From assembly GCA_000002445.1 (NCBI GenBank), contig CP000068.1, forward strand, positions 608,001-672,000: a stretch of 64,000 bases of DNA, given 5' to 3'. This document shows positions 13,052 through 24,566 of this stretch, in pieces (within the stretch, counting starts at the first letter, position 1; every line of letters begins with the position of its first letter). A program made the position numbers and the translations under genes. The notes beneath the pieces are model-generated. The model was not told the DNA's origin. It worked only from the letters and a program-made list of their open reading frames with translations, and searched no databases. This DNA comes from Trypanosoma brucei. Taxonomy: Eukaryota.

Positions 13052-14161
13052 TTGTTTTCACGGAGTCCACGAATAATGCGCCCCACCGGAGTACGCTGTC
13101 TTGCTTCACCCCTCAGCTTAATGAGAGTTACCGGAACCCCCAACACCGGCCCCCGTGTGTTGTCGCCTGATGGTACGAAATTTTCATGGGATCCCTACAG
13201 CGGTGCATCCGTTGATGGAAGTGAAGTTTTCACCCAGTCACCTCATCTCGCCGCGCAGTTCCCCGGTCACGCGTCTCCTATTCAACTCCCTCCGCCCAAT
13301 GTGGCGTCGGATGGTGTCTCTTTTGCATCGACACTTAATTGGCAATCTCAAGGGGATGGCGGAGCAGCATATGATTCCTCAGTTGTTGGGTACTGGGAAG
13401 AAACCGGTCCCAACCGTGGCGCACTGCGACTTGGTTCCGATGAACAACAACAACAGCAACAGCAACAACATCAGTTATATCGGACAGGCCCACTCGCGCA
13501 AACGTTCTTCCAGACGACCGGCAGCGGTGCACCTCCCTTCGACAACGCCGTTGTTACGCATGGTGATGCTAACTTTAATTCAGGTTTTGGTGTGGTGGCA
13601 TCGCCGCATCGCCCATCATCGCGAGCGGGACGTTACGGCACTTCACGTGGTGTTTCTTTATCCGCCTCTCGAGGAAGATCTTTTGAATCCACTCCATTAT
13701 GGGGCCACGGGCAATCCGGAGCCGCAGAGAGAAAGCTTCCATTTAGACGTATGATCCCTCCGCCCGTCCCTTATGAACTTGCATTGCGTCAACTCTCCCG
13801 TTCGGGTCTTGCCGATCCCGAAAGGGTTCTCGAAGGAATTCTTCGTCACTGGCACAGGTCTACACAAGTTGCAGTCGGTGTACTTCGTAGCGAAGCTGCT
13901 TCTTCAGTTGAGGAAAGTTGCCCGTCCCCTCCTTCAGGAAATGACCGCGAAGCAATAGTCGAATGGGTGACACGTTGCGAGGGATGGTGGCAACAGAATT
14001 TTGGAACCCAACCCCGCAGCGGTGCTGACCGGCAAAATGCGGCTCATACGTTTAATGGAAATCGGGGACACAGATCCAATGATGGAAGGCGTCCTCATAC
14101 ATCAGGGGCTGCAAGTAGGAATAATCATGCATTCGCCGGCATGAACGGAAGAAGGGGGTGA
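13052..14161 (+). CDS. hypothetical protein carrying a K-F-SWDPY motif and a poly-Q tract (possible paralogue of 8011-8805)
   Basis: 369 aa ORF on the cluster strand. The N-terminal GTKFSWDPY motif and a (Q)9 tract mirror the architecture of the 8011 gene. This is the last gene before the strand-switch region. Confidence 0.5.
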   Translation: MFSRSPRIMRPTGVRCLASPLSLMRVTGTPNTGPRVLSPDGTKFSWDPYSGASVDGSEVFTQSPHLAAQFPGHASPIQLPPPNVASDGVSFASTLNWQSQGDGGAAYDSSVVGYWEETGPNRGALRLGSDEQQQQQQQQHQLYRTGPLAQTFFQTTGSGAPPFDNAVVTHGDANFNSGFGVVASPHRPSSRAGRYGTSRGVSLSASRGRSFESTPLWGHGQSGAAERKLPFRRMIPPPVPYELALRQLSRSGLADPERVLEGILRHWHRSTQVAVGVLRSEAASSVEESCPSPPSGNDREAIVEWVTRCEGWWQQNFGTQPRSGADRQNAAHTFNGNRGHRSNDGRRPHTSGAASRNNHAFAGMNGRRG

Positions 14162-17100
14162 GAACAGAAGATTAAAAATGAAAAAGAAAAAGAAAAAAAA
14201 GGGGGGAGAATCAACAAGGTGGACATGTTGATTTCCCCCCCCCTTTTTTTTTCTTTTTCTTTTTTTGTTCTTCTTTTTCGACATGTGTCTGTTGTGCCCC
14301 TTCCTTCTATTCTCTCTTCACTCCACGCCTCCCCTCTCCACACACACATATATATATATAATATAATATATGATATATATATATATATATACATTTCTCC
14401 GCACCGGCTTTTTGTCGTGTGTTTATTTTTCATTTTTCTCTTTTTATTTAATTTCCTTTGTGAAGTTTCAACCAAAACAACACCAAACCATTTAAAAAGA
14501 AAAAAGATTTTTCTACCTTTTTTTGTTTTAACCTTGCGCGTGTGTCTTTTCCATTTTGGTTCTACCTGTACCTGTTGGTTCGTTTTTTTTTTTCTTTCCA
14601 CCTTTTAGACACTTTGGCGGATAATGATCTTCAGTGCTAAAATTGAAAATAACAGGAGTTGATCGAAAGTCTGATTTTTGTTTTCATTTTTTAAAAAATA
14701 TATTTTTGATATATTTCCCCTCCTTTTTTTAAAAAAGAAAAAGATGTCAGATAAGTGGGATAGAGGAACGACGGAGATAAATATAAATAAATATATATAA
14801 ATATATTAATACATGTGTTTCAACATATATATATATATATATTTACATGTACTTGTTTGTTTATATGTATTTATGCGCATAACAATAGCAGCGGAAGTGC
14901 GCTCGAGTGTGTAACTAGATGTTGTGATGGGAAAGAGAAAGGGGAAGAAGGGTGGGGGAAAAAAAGAAAGAAAGAAAAAACAGCGATCAATAAAGTTAAT
15001 AATAATTCCGCTAAGGGTTTACTCACAGGTGGCGTGTGTACGCAACCTGGGTGATGCAAGTGAAGAGGAGAAATTAATAAAATAAATTAATAAATTTATA
15101 AATATATAAATATATAAACATGTATGTATATATGTATGTATGTTTTCGACTGGGTTAGAGTAGATAAAGTGGATAAAACGGGAAAAGGTGAAAAAAAAAA
15201 ATACTGGATGACGAAGTGAAGAAGTGGAAGACTTGTTTTGTTTTTTTTTGTTTGTTTGTTTTATATCAACCATAATTTTGTTTCTTTTTTCATTTTCAAT
15301 CTGTTAGGTCAAATTAGGATGTTTTGTTTCTTCATTAGTGAAATATGTTTACTTATTTCATTTTCGTTTGTATGATCGCCTGTTTGTTTTCCATTTTGTT
15401 TTTGTTTTGGAAAAAAAAACTTTTGGTGGCGAGTTATATATTTCATATATTTTTATACTCTTTTACTACACTTCGTTTTTTTTTTCTTTGGGTGGAGGCC
15501 GCGTTTGTGTTTCACAGCAGCAAAAAAAAAAAAAAAGAATTCAATACCAAGAGCGATATAAAGTATATATATTATATACATATATATATATTATATTTTA
15601 TATTTTATATGTGTATATATGTGTGTGTGTGTGGATATGTGTGTGGATGCGTTGGGGGTTTTCCTTTTTTTGGGAGTGGTGTGTTTGTGTGTGTGTGTGG
15701 GAGAGAGAGAGAGAAAAAAAAAAATAAATAAATGGAAAATTAGGAAAAAGTGCAGGAGATTCTGTCGACTCTTTTCTAAGAAAAAAAAAATATATTCACA
15801 AGAAAGAAAAGAGAAAAAGTAAAAGATGAGGGAACAGTCCCTCTTTTTGTTTGTTTATTTTTCTTACTTTCTCTTTTTTTTTTTCATGATCTTCCTTCCC
15901 TTTTGGTTACAATCATCTTCCGTTTTTACCTCTTTTTTTAAAAAAAATTTTCCTTCTCTACTTTTTTTGGCGTCCCGCACGTCTGTCTGAGATTTCCCAT
16001 TAATTGTCCATTTAATCAATTTTTTTTAATAAAAAAAAGCGTTTTTTTTTCACTTTTTAGTAATAATAATTATTATTATTTTGTCTTTTTTTTCTTTTTC
16101 TTTTTCCTGGCTTCTTCCCATCCTTTTATTATTACTACTATTATTATTGTTATTGTTATTACCATTATTATTATTATTGTTATATTATTACCATTATTAG
16201 CATTTTTATGGTTATTATTATTATTATTATTATGTTCATTACAACACTCTTCCCCCCCCCCATATCCTCTCTCTTTTTTTTTTCCCCTCCCTCCCTCTTT
16301 CTTCTCCTCCTCCTTCCCTTTCTTTTTTTTTTCATCTCGACTTATTTTGTTACGAGATTTTTTGTTTTTGTTTTGTTTTTAATCCTTTTGGTTTTCACTC
16401 CCCAAATTAGGGCGGTTACGTAAAAAAAAAAACAAAATTTTTTTTTTCTTTTTATTTCCCCCTTTTTTGTTTTTTTTTTGGGTTTCTCTTTTCTTTTGTT
16501 TCTTTGTTGTTGTTTTTTTGTATTTTTCTTCTTATGAGGAGCGAAAAGGGCAGGGGAGAGGATTAAGGGGGAAAATAGGAAGAAGAAAAAATAAAAATAA
16601 AGAAACGAAACAAAAGGAAAGAAAATTAATAAATGGATAGATGAAAATAATCAACAACGATTTTTTTTTTTCCCCCTCCCCTTCCTAACAAAAAAAGAAA
16701 AAGGGGGTGCGGATTATTGTAATGACGACAGCGATAATAATCGCAATAAAAAGAATAAAATGTATAAATATATATATATATATATGTCTAAGCGCTCACG
16801 TTCGCAGTGTATCCCGTGATAATTTTACCTAAAAGAAGGTACGTTAAATAGGAGGAAAAGAAACAAACGAACATACACACACGCAAAAAACAAATAACAA
16901 ATAAGAAACAAACGAAAAGAGAAAAAGCGGAAATAATGAATGATAATACTTCTTGAGTTTGGCTTGTGTTGTGTGGTGCCTCACTTGTCAAAACACGACA
17001 AAACAAAGCAAAGAACTGTAAAAAACAAAAAAAAAGAAAAGAAAAGAAAAGAAGAACGGAAGAGGCGCGGTATAACAATGAAGAGCAAACGGATGTGGTT

Positions 17101-19859
17101 TGTTTTTTTTTTTTTGTGTGTGTGTGTTTGTTTGCCGCTGCTTCCCACGTTTCTTTATCTTTTTTTTTTAGAGGTAATAATAGTGTTGTTTTTGTTGTTG
17201 TTGTTGTTTTTTTTAATGCGAGAAAAGCGGAAGGAAAATTAGGAAGGAATGCGTTTAATTTCTTTTTTTAAAAAAAAAAAATAATAATAATCGTCATTAT
17301 TAATTTTTTTTGTCCCCGATGATTCCCATCCGTCACCATTTTTTTTTCTTTCCTTTTTTCTTTTTTTTTTTTGTTTATGTATTATTCGATTCGGTAAGTG
17401 CACAAAAAGACACCTTCGGGAACCGAAACCCTTAGTGGTAACCTGTTGTGGATTTTCCTTTTTTTTTCTTTTTTTTTTTGAAAGGAAAAGACAAAAATAA
17501 AAATAAAGGACAGAGCGGTGATTAAGTGAGCGATTAAAAAAAAAAAATAGAAGAAAAATATATACGAAGACATAGGAAAGAAACAAACATATATATATTA
17601 ATATGTTATATTTATATTATATTTATATATTATACAAGTTTCAATATGTATTCCAATCCTAAACAAGAGATGATAATGCACACACCGAAACGCAGAAACG
17701 GGTGCAATAATAATAAAAATAAAAGTAAAATAACAATAATAATAATAATAATGGTGGTGGTGATGGTGATGATTATGGAAATTGTTGTAAGACATTTATT
17801 ATTACAATAATTATTATGATCATCACAAGGCCCAATGAAGGGAGGGGGAAAAAAAAAGAAATAAAGTGAAACTTATAAAAACTCATTCCTTCCTATTCGA
17901 TCTTCCTACGAACATCTTTCAACGTAAGTGATAAAATTTGAGAAGTGAAAAAAAAACGAAAAGGAGACGCCAGTTAACACTTTCATGAAGTGGAGTTACT
18001 ATCTTGTTGTTACGAACCCGTGTTTTGTTTTTCCTCTTTCCTTCTCTATCTCTCTTTATTTTTATTTTTGTAACAAAACAGAAATAAATAAATAAGTGAG
18101 GTTTTTTAAATTTTAATTTTATTCATTGATGGATATATTTATATATTTATTTATATATGTTTATATTTATTTTTATTTTTCTCCCCCTTTCTTCCATTTC
18201 TTGAATTAGCAGCGGTTCCCACAAATACAAATACAAATACACCTCAACCTTAAATGATTATTTGGTGATGGTGATGATGATTAGAGTGGTACGAGTGACA
18301 CAACAACAACAAAAAAGAAAAAAAAGAAAAACACATAACATGACATAACATAAAATAAAATAAAATGCAGAAAAGGAAAAAGAAAAAGAATGCAAAGATA
18401 GAAAAGAAATAAAGCGAAGTGGCCGCCACTTTTGTTATCGATAAACGGAACCAATGCAAAAGCACAGGGTGAAAGGGACAGGAAAAAAAAAAAGGGAAAA
18501 GCGAAAACGAAAAAGGAAAAAAAAAAGTGACTAAAGGTATGTTTTTACATATTTCTCTGTATAGGAACTTATGTCGCGAATCGCCTGAAGAAAAAAAAAA
18601 GGGGCTAAAGAAAAATAGAAAGAAAGAACACAAAATGAACGAGGGAAATGAAAAGGTTTTTTTTTAAAAAAAAAGAAGCAGCAATCCGCTTCACTGTCAT
18701 CAGCTTTTTTTTTGTTTCTATTATTATTATTATTATTATTATGTTGTCTTTTACTGTTGTTGTTGTTGTTTCTTTCCCGTTTCTCCTACCTTATTTTCCT
18801 GGTCGTCGCTGATGCTGGAAATTCAAGAAAACACACACACAATTGAAAAAAAAAAAGCAAAAGCAATTAAATCAAAGGTGGTCACGGTTTCGCCAGGGTG
18901 ATGATCATATTTACAATAATTTTATCTTAGAAAGCTCTGGTGGTTAAATACAAGATGGAAGAGGGGATGGGAAAAAAAAAAAAGGAATACCGTGAACATA
19001 TATTACAGAGACCGGCTACTTGTGTAAATAAAAAGTGAAAAAAAAATCTTTTTTTTTTGGGGGGGGGTGGAGGGAGGGGGTTTCTCCCTATATTTATTTA
19101 TATTTGATATTTTTGTACCTTAAGATGCGGTATCGGTTGGGAGAATGGAGAGAGTTGGTGGGGAAAAAAATTGGGTCAAACATCAGAAAATGGAATGTGG
19201 GAAATTCGTATCAAACACTTAAGCGAAATTATCCAAATTTAACAAAGAAAAAAGGGAAAGTACTTTTTATAAATTTGTGATAGTACAAATGTTAACATGA
19301 ATAATTAATGAACCATAAACAAATGAATTTTAAATTCATTGGTGTTTGTACTTATATATATCTATATATTTACGGGTTTGCCATGTAGGCACTTTCTTGA
19401 GTTGAAAGGATGAAATTTCAGGGGTGGGGAGAAACAGCCGTTAAGGAGGAGTAAATAAAATGAATGAAAACAAAAACAGATGTATATAAACGTGCGTGTA
19501 AGCATAGCTGCATATTTATATTTGTGTGTTTTTGTTTTGTTTAAGTTCCTCCCCCTTTTTTGGCGGCGTACACCACGTAATTTTTCTCTTTTCCTCCGAT
19601 TTGTGTTGTGCGTGCGTATGTATGTGTATGTGTATGTGTGTGGTGGGGAGCAAAGCAAACGGAGGAGACGGGGAAATGGAAGGAAAATATTTAAAAAAAA
19701 AAGAAAAGACAAAGTAGAAGTGAGAGAAAGTAAAGAAACATAAATATAATGACACACCACCTTCCCATCTACCGGCTCCGTTTGAATTCTTTCAACTTTT
19801 CCATCCCTCGTTATTTTCAGGGAGCAGCTGTTGTTATCATTGTTATTACCTGTGATTGA

Positions 19860-19893
<34 letters not shown>

Positions 19894-22058
19894 GATGTTA
19901 TTCGTGTTCCCCTCCCTTTCTGTCCCACTTTCCCTCCTCTCTCTCTTTTTTTTTTTTTACCTCCGGTATTTCTGGTTTTCCGCTTATGTTTTTTCTTTCG
20001 AATTTCACTAAAGTAAACCACAACATCACAGTTATTTGATGTTGAACACCACCACCACCCCTTCCAAAAAAAAAAAAAAAAATCGAAAGCGGAGATAATG
20101 ACGATGAATGCGAGGAGAAGGTGTGATCGACGTTGCGATGGAAATGAATAGGAAAAAAAAAGGGGAACAATGATGTTAAGGAAAAAAAGCAGAAGAGAAA
20201 GAAAATGATGTCCTTCAGAGTGAAAACAACAGCAATAGTGACGATATGATAATAATTAACAAAAACAAGGATGGTGATGGCAATGATGATGTGAGAGAAA
20301 AGGAGAGAGAAAGAGTAGTGGAAATAAAGCGAGAGCCCGTGTACGAAAAAGAAGAGAAAAATTATATATGTATGCGAGAATATGTGCCTGTTTTCCCCCT
20401 ACAAGCTTTTTTTCCTTCTGCGCTTATCACTATTATTCATTTTTTTTATTTTTGCGCCATGGTGGTAGCGGATTTTAGTTAATGAAACGGGAAAAGAATA
20501 TATTGTTGTTTCTTCCGCTCCACCGACCTTACTTTTTTTTCATTTTTTTAAATTATTTTTGAAAATGCCATCGTTCGTTCTTTGATTAATCCGTCTTTTT
20601 TCCCCCGTCGTTTCGTTTGTCTTGTTTTGTTTTTCACTCGGTTTCTGTTTAACTTATTTCGTAGTGCAGGGTGAGGAGGTGGTCTGGGCCAATGAATAAT
20701 AATGACCATGCTAATGATAATAACGACAATACCAATTGGGGCAGTGGAACGCCGCTCCGGGAACATATAGCGAAGGACGAGGGCGGATAAGCGCAAGCAG
20801 AAGCAAAACTAGGGAAGGAACGTGGCGAGGCGGGCATATTCAAAAAAAACACATGAGAGTGCGCACAATGCCGTTTGCACGCATGAGGATACATGCATAT
20901 ATTTTTATATGTATGTTGTTTCACTTAAAATATATATTTACATATACGTATATATTTTTAAAAGAATGCGTGTGTCCCGTCATCTCGTCGTCACACGTAG
21001 CCACCGGCTCGTGGACATGCGAGTGAAAACGGGTGCGGATGAGCATGCATGTGCGGTTGTGCGCGCGGGCGCGACTGCGTATGAATGTTTGCGACCGCCT
21101 GAACATGTTCGCAAATGTGTGTCCGGTGCCGGCGCACATTTGTGTGATATGATCATGGGTGATGGTGCGCGAGCAAAAGCATTCATCCAGCAACATGTAT
21201 GGTGCGTCGGTGGAAATACCGAGTTCCTCCAAGGGAACGTGAGCAGGGTCTCATGTTTTTTGAGGAAACCGGCCCGCCGGCGCCCGCGCTCCGGCGGGTG
21301 CACACTCGCATCATGGGATCACGCTTTAGTGTGCGTTTTTGAATATGCCTGCCACAACCCCGATCCAGTAGTTTTGTCTTTTCCTAAGCGTTGTAGCGTG
21401 CGCGGGGCGGGTCCCGTCATATACACGAGGACGTGCGCCTTCGCGGATGGAAATGGGTGGGGGTTTTGTGTGTGTCGTTTCCTTTAGCGATTAGCATTTG
21501 GTGGGCTTCGCTGAGGATGCAAAACGTCAGCACACCCCCCGCTTATTCCTATCTTGGAATGAGAAGAAAAGCACGCGCGCGTTTCGATCGCGGCCCTTTG
21601 GCGGTTGTTTGCCCTGTATCGGCCCTTCGATGCGATCGTGTCTTGTTCCTTTCACGAAGCACGCCGCTCATCCCCCCTTTGAAATTTGGGCTCAAATCGC
21701 CGTGTCGGTTTCCGGTTCGCGGTAGTCCCTTCTTTTCCCACCCCAAGAGGAGTCCCCAAGCTTTTTACCCCTTTTTAAAATTAAAATAATAATTTTCGGC
21801 CCTGGCGATCCCCGACCCTCGACTTCAGTAATCACCGAGTCCCATCGACCTGCTTTCTTCCACATCAAATTTTGAGCACCCCCCCCCTTTCTGCTGCTTT
21901 TTGCTGATACGCCCCCCCGGCCGCCCGCCGCTTTCTCCTCCGTCTCTTAACATCACCCCCCTCCCCCCATTCCTCCTTTTCTTTCATAGCATAGGTTATG
22001 CCCGCCCGGCCCCGCGCCCTTCCGCCACCACCCCCCCCCCGAACCGGCGCCCGTCACG

Positions 22059-24566
22059 GCCGCCCGACTTGCCACGGAAACATTCCTTCGCAACAGACGT
22101 CTCCCCCCCCCCCCCAACCCGGACACCCGACGGCGACCCCATTGAAACGCGCCCCTCTCGTTCTTACCGGTGAACAAGCTGTCCCCGCTCGGCACTCAAC
22201 CCTTCTGTTGCCCCACCTGCTTTTCTTTCACCTTTCTCGCCAAAAAATAAAATAAAATAAGGGAAAGCCACGCCGCGCGGTCGCGACGAGCGCGTTTTCA
22301 AAAGAAAAAAAGATTAGCTCAGGCGGAACCGTATCTCTCGTTTCGGAGAGGTTCTTTTTTATCATCTTTTAGAGAAAATTCGCCCAACGCCCGAAATCAT
22401 GGCGGGTTTCAATATCGACGGAAGGGTCGGACACCCCGGCCGGCTCTCGGGTCCGCCGGGGCGTGTACCGGTGCCTCAAAGTGGCCACCCGAACCCGGTG
22501 GCGGTTTATTGGCAGGCCGCGCCCTTCCCCGTGACCGCGGCATTCGCTGCCCCCCAACTCGTCGGGCCACCCCCCGTCTTTTTTTACCGAAGGGGGGCAA
22601 ACCACCCGGGTCCCGCCCCCCGACCACCAGCACCACCCCCTCGCCGTCATTTGGGAGTCGGCCCGAGCCCGCCGCCGCCTCGCTTTCGCGAAAACCGCAA
22701 TTTGTTTTCGGCGGGGGAGGTGGTTGGTTTCATTCGGTTGGCCCGGCGATGGGATGAAAAGGTAGCGGGGAGAGGGGCCGCCCATCACGCCCGCGGACCT
22801 CCGAATTTCGAATGGCCGCCGGAACCCGAGGACCCCTGGAAGGTTTTGGAGGATTGGTCGGAAACCCGAGCACGGTGGTGGCGCACCAGTCGGGCGGATC
22901 ATCGGGCACCGCGGCGCCGCCGGCCCTCAGGACCCCGCAGCAAAAAAAAAAATTTAAGACCTTTGGAAAAGGGGGTCGAGGTGCCTCGTCACTGATCCCC
23001 CCTCGCCCACGGTGTTTGAAAAAGCGACGACGCTGCCCGCCCACCCGCATTTTTTAAAAACGCGGTTCTTTTCGAAAACTCTAACATATCCTTTCCTGTT
23101 CGAAAAAACGTGCCGCTGTTCACAAACAGCCGCCACCCCTTTGCTACTCCAAAAAGCGTGAAGCTTTTTTGAATACAGGATATTGTCCCTTTTCCCTTCC
23201 CTTCGAAACAAATGGTGACTGTTCAGCACCGGTCCCCCGCTGCCCGTGTTCGGAAGGGGGCCTCGCCTTGCCTTACCTTGCCTCACCCAGCCCCACCTTG
23301 CCTCACCCAGCCCCACCTTGCCTTGCCTTTAAACGGAATACAAAAAACCTCATTCCCCCCGCACAAAAGTTCGCCCCTGGCGCGGTTAAGAGGTCCGGCG
23401 CAACGCTCCGCTTGCGTGGAGGGGGGCGAAGGTGGCCCGGGTGGAACCCGTCAGATTTTTTCCTTAGGAATTAGCCACGGGGCGGCATCGCCTTTGGGCC
23501 CGGCTACTCGCCGCCGGCAAGGAGAGTGGCCCCGCGACACACCCCCGATGAGGGCGGCTGCGATGACCGCCACGCCCTGGCGACGCCGGCCACCTCCACG
23601 TGGTGCCAGGGTCCAGTACCCCGCATCATCGGGGGAAGCCAAGAGCCAGCAGAGTTCCTTTCATGGGGAACACTGCTGTGCTCTGGCCTCGGCATCATAC
23701 AGCACAGGGATCAGCAGCGTCTTGCTGGGACACCGTTTTTCATTTGTCGGTCCCTGGGTCCGTGCCAGCGTGCCATCAGCAGTATCATCCGCACTAAGAT
23801 GCTGCTGTCCGGTGATGTGGAACTCCAAAAAAAAGGATTGCCAATTGACATCTTTTGGAGAGTCCGGGGTGGGAGGCCTCTCGCCCCATCTGCTGTATTC
23901 CGTTCAAATGCGGAAATACAACAAAAAATTATAGAGGGTGTGTTAGGATGAATGAAAAAGGGAGACTCTGCCACAGTCGCCAGACCGATAGCATCTCAGG
24001 GCTCTACGGTGATGGCTGATGGCCGCGCCAGTGGGGGGAAACTCTCACGAAGGCACGAAGAAAATTTCAAAAAAAAAAAAATGACCGTCACGGTGTTTGC
24101 GGCCGCCAACACGCCCGCGCATGGGTTTTTGGCTGCGTTTTCAAGGAGGATGAAGGGACACACGAGTTGGACGGCGGGGGATCAGGAACCCGCGGCGCCG
24201 GAAAAATGCGTTCGAATGTTTTGTTTGAGGGCGCCAAAGCACGCCTCGGGGGGTCGGGATGGCGGACGCCGATTTGCCCACTGCATCGGCGCTATGGGGA
24301 CGCGTGCTGGGGGCCCTAAGGCGGGTGAAAGTTCTGGGGAAACGGAAAGTTTGGCCTTCCGAAAAATGAAAGACGGCGGCGCCGGCGCCCCGGGTTTGCC
24401 ATAAGAAAACATCGAACCTTTATTTTTCTTTTAACCCCCGCATCATTGAGGGCGTTTCGCCGCACGACACCACCGGGGCGGCGCCGTGTCGGACAAAAAC
24501 CGGGCTAAGGGGGCGAGGCACCCCCATCGCTTTCGTCGAGACCCGGGAACCCCCCTTCCGTACGGC
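22059..24566. repeat. repeat unit 1 (2508 bp); carries an extra 20 bp internal duplication
   Basis: cctcacccagccccaccttg is present twice at 23281-23320 and once in units 2 and 3. This accounts for most of the period difference. Several SNPs and A-run length differences separate unit 1 from units 2 and 3. Confidence 0.9.

Noticed and set aside
5571-20021. Numerous 60-220 aa ORFs in the AT-rich spacers, for example 6701-7225 '-', 9326-9796 '-', 10106-10546 '+', 11114-11509 '+', 17239-17586 '-' and 19362-20021 '-'.
   Set aside because: They translate homopolymer and microsatellite DNA (runs of F, L, K, I, poly-His/Tyr). They occur on both strands indiscriminately and have no domain content.
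20822-21487. 221 aa '+' ORF on the GC-rich left flank, considered as a real gene.
   Set aside because: It starts in AT-rich sequence and runs into GC-rich DNA where all frames are stop-poor. No motif was recognised. It is reported as a finding to be checked, not annotated as a CDS.
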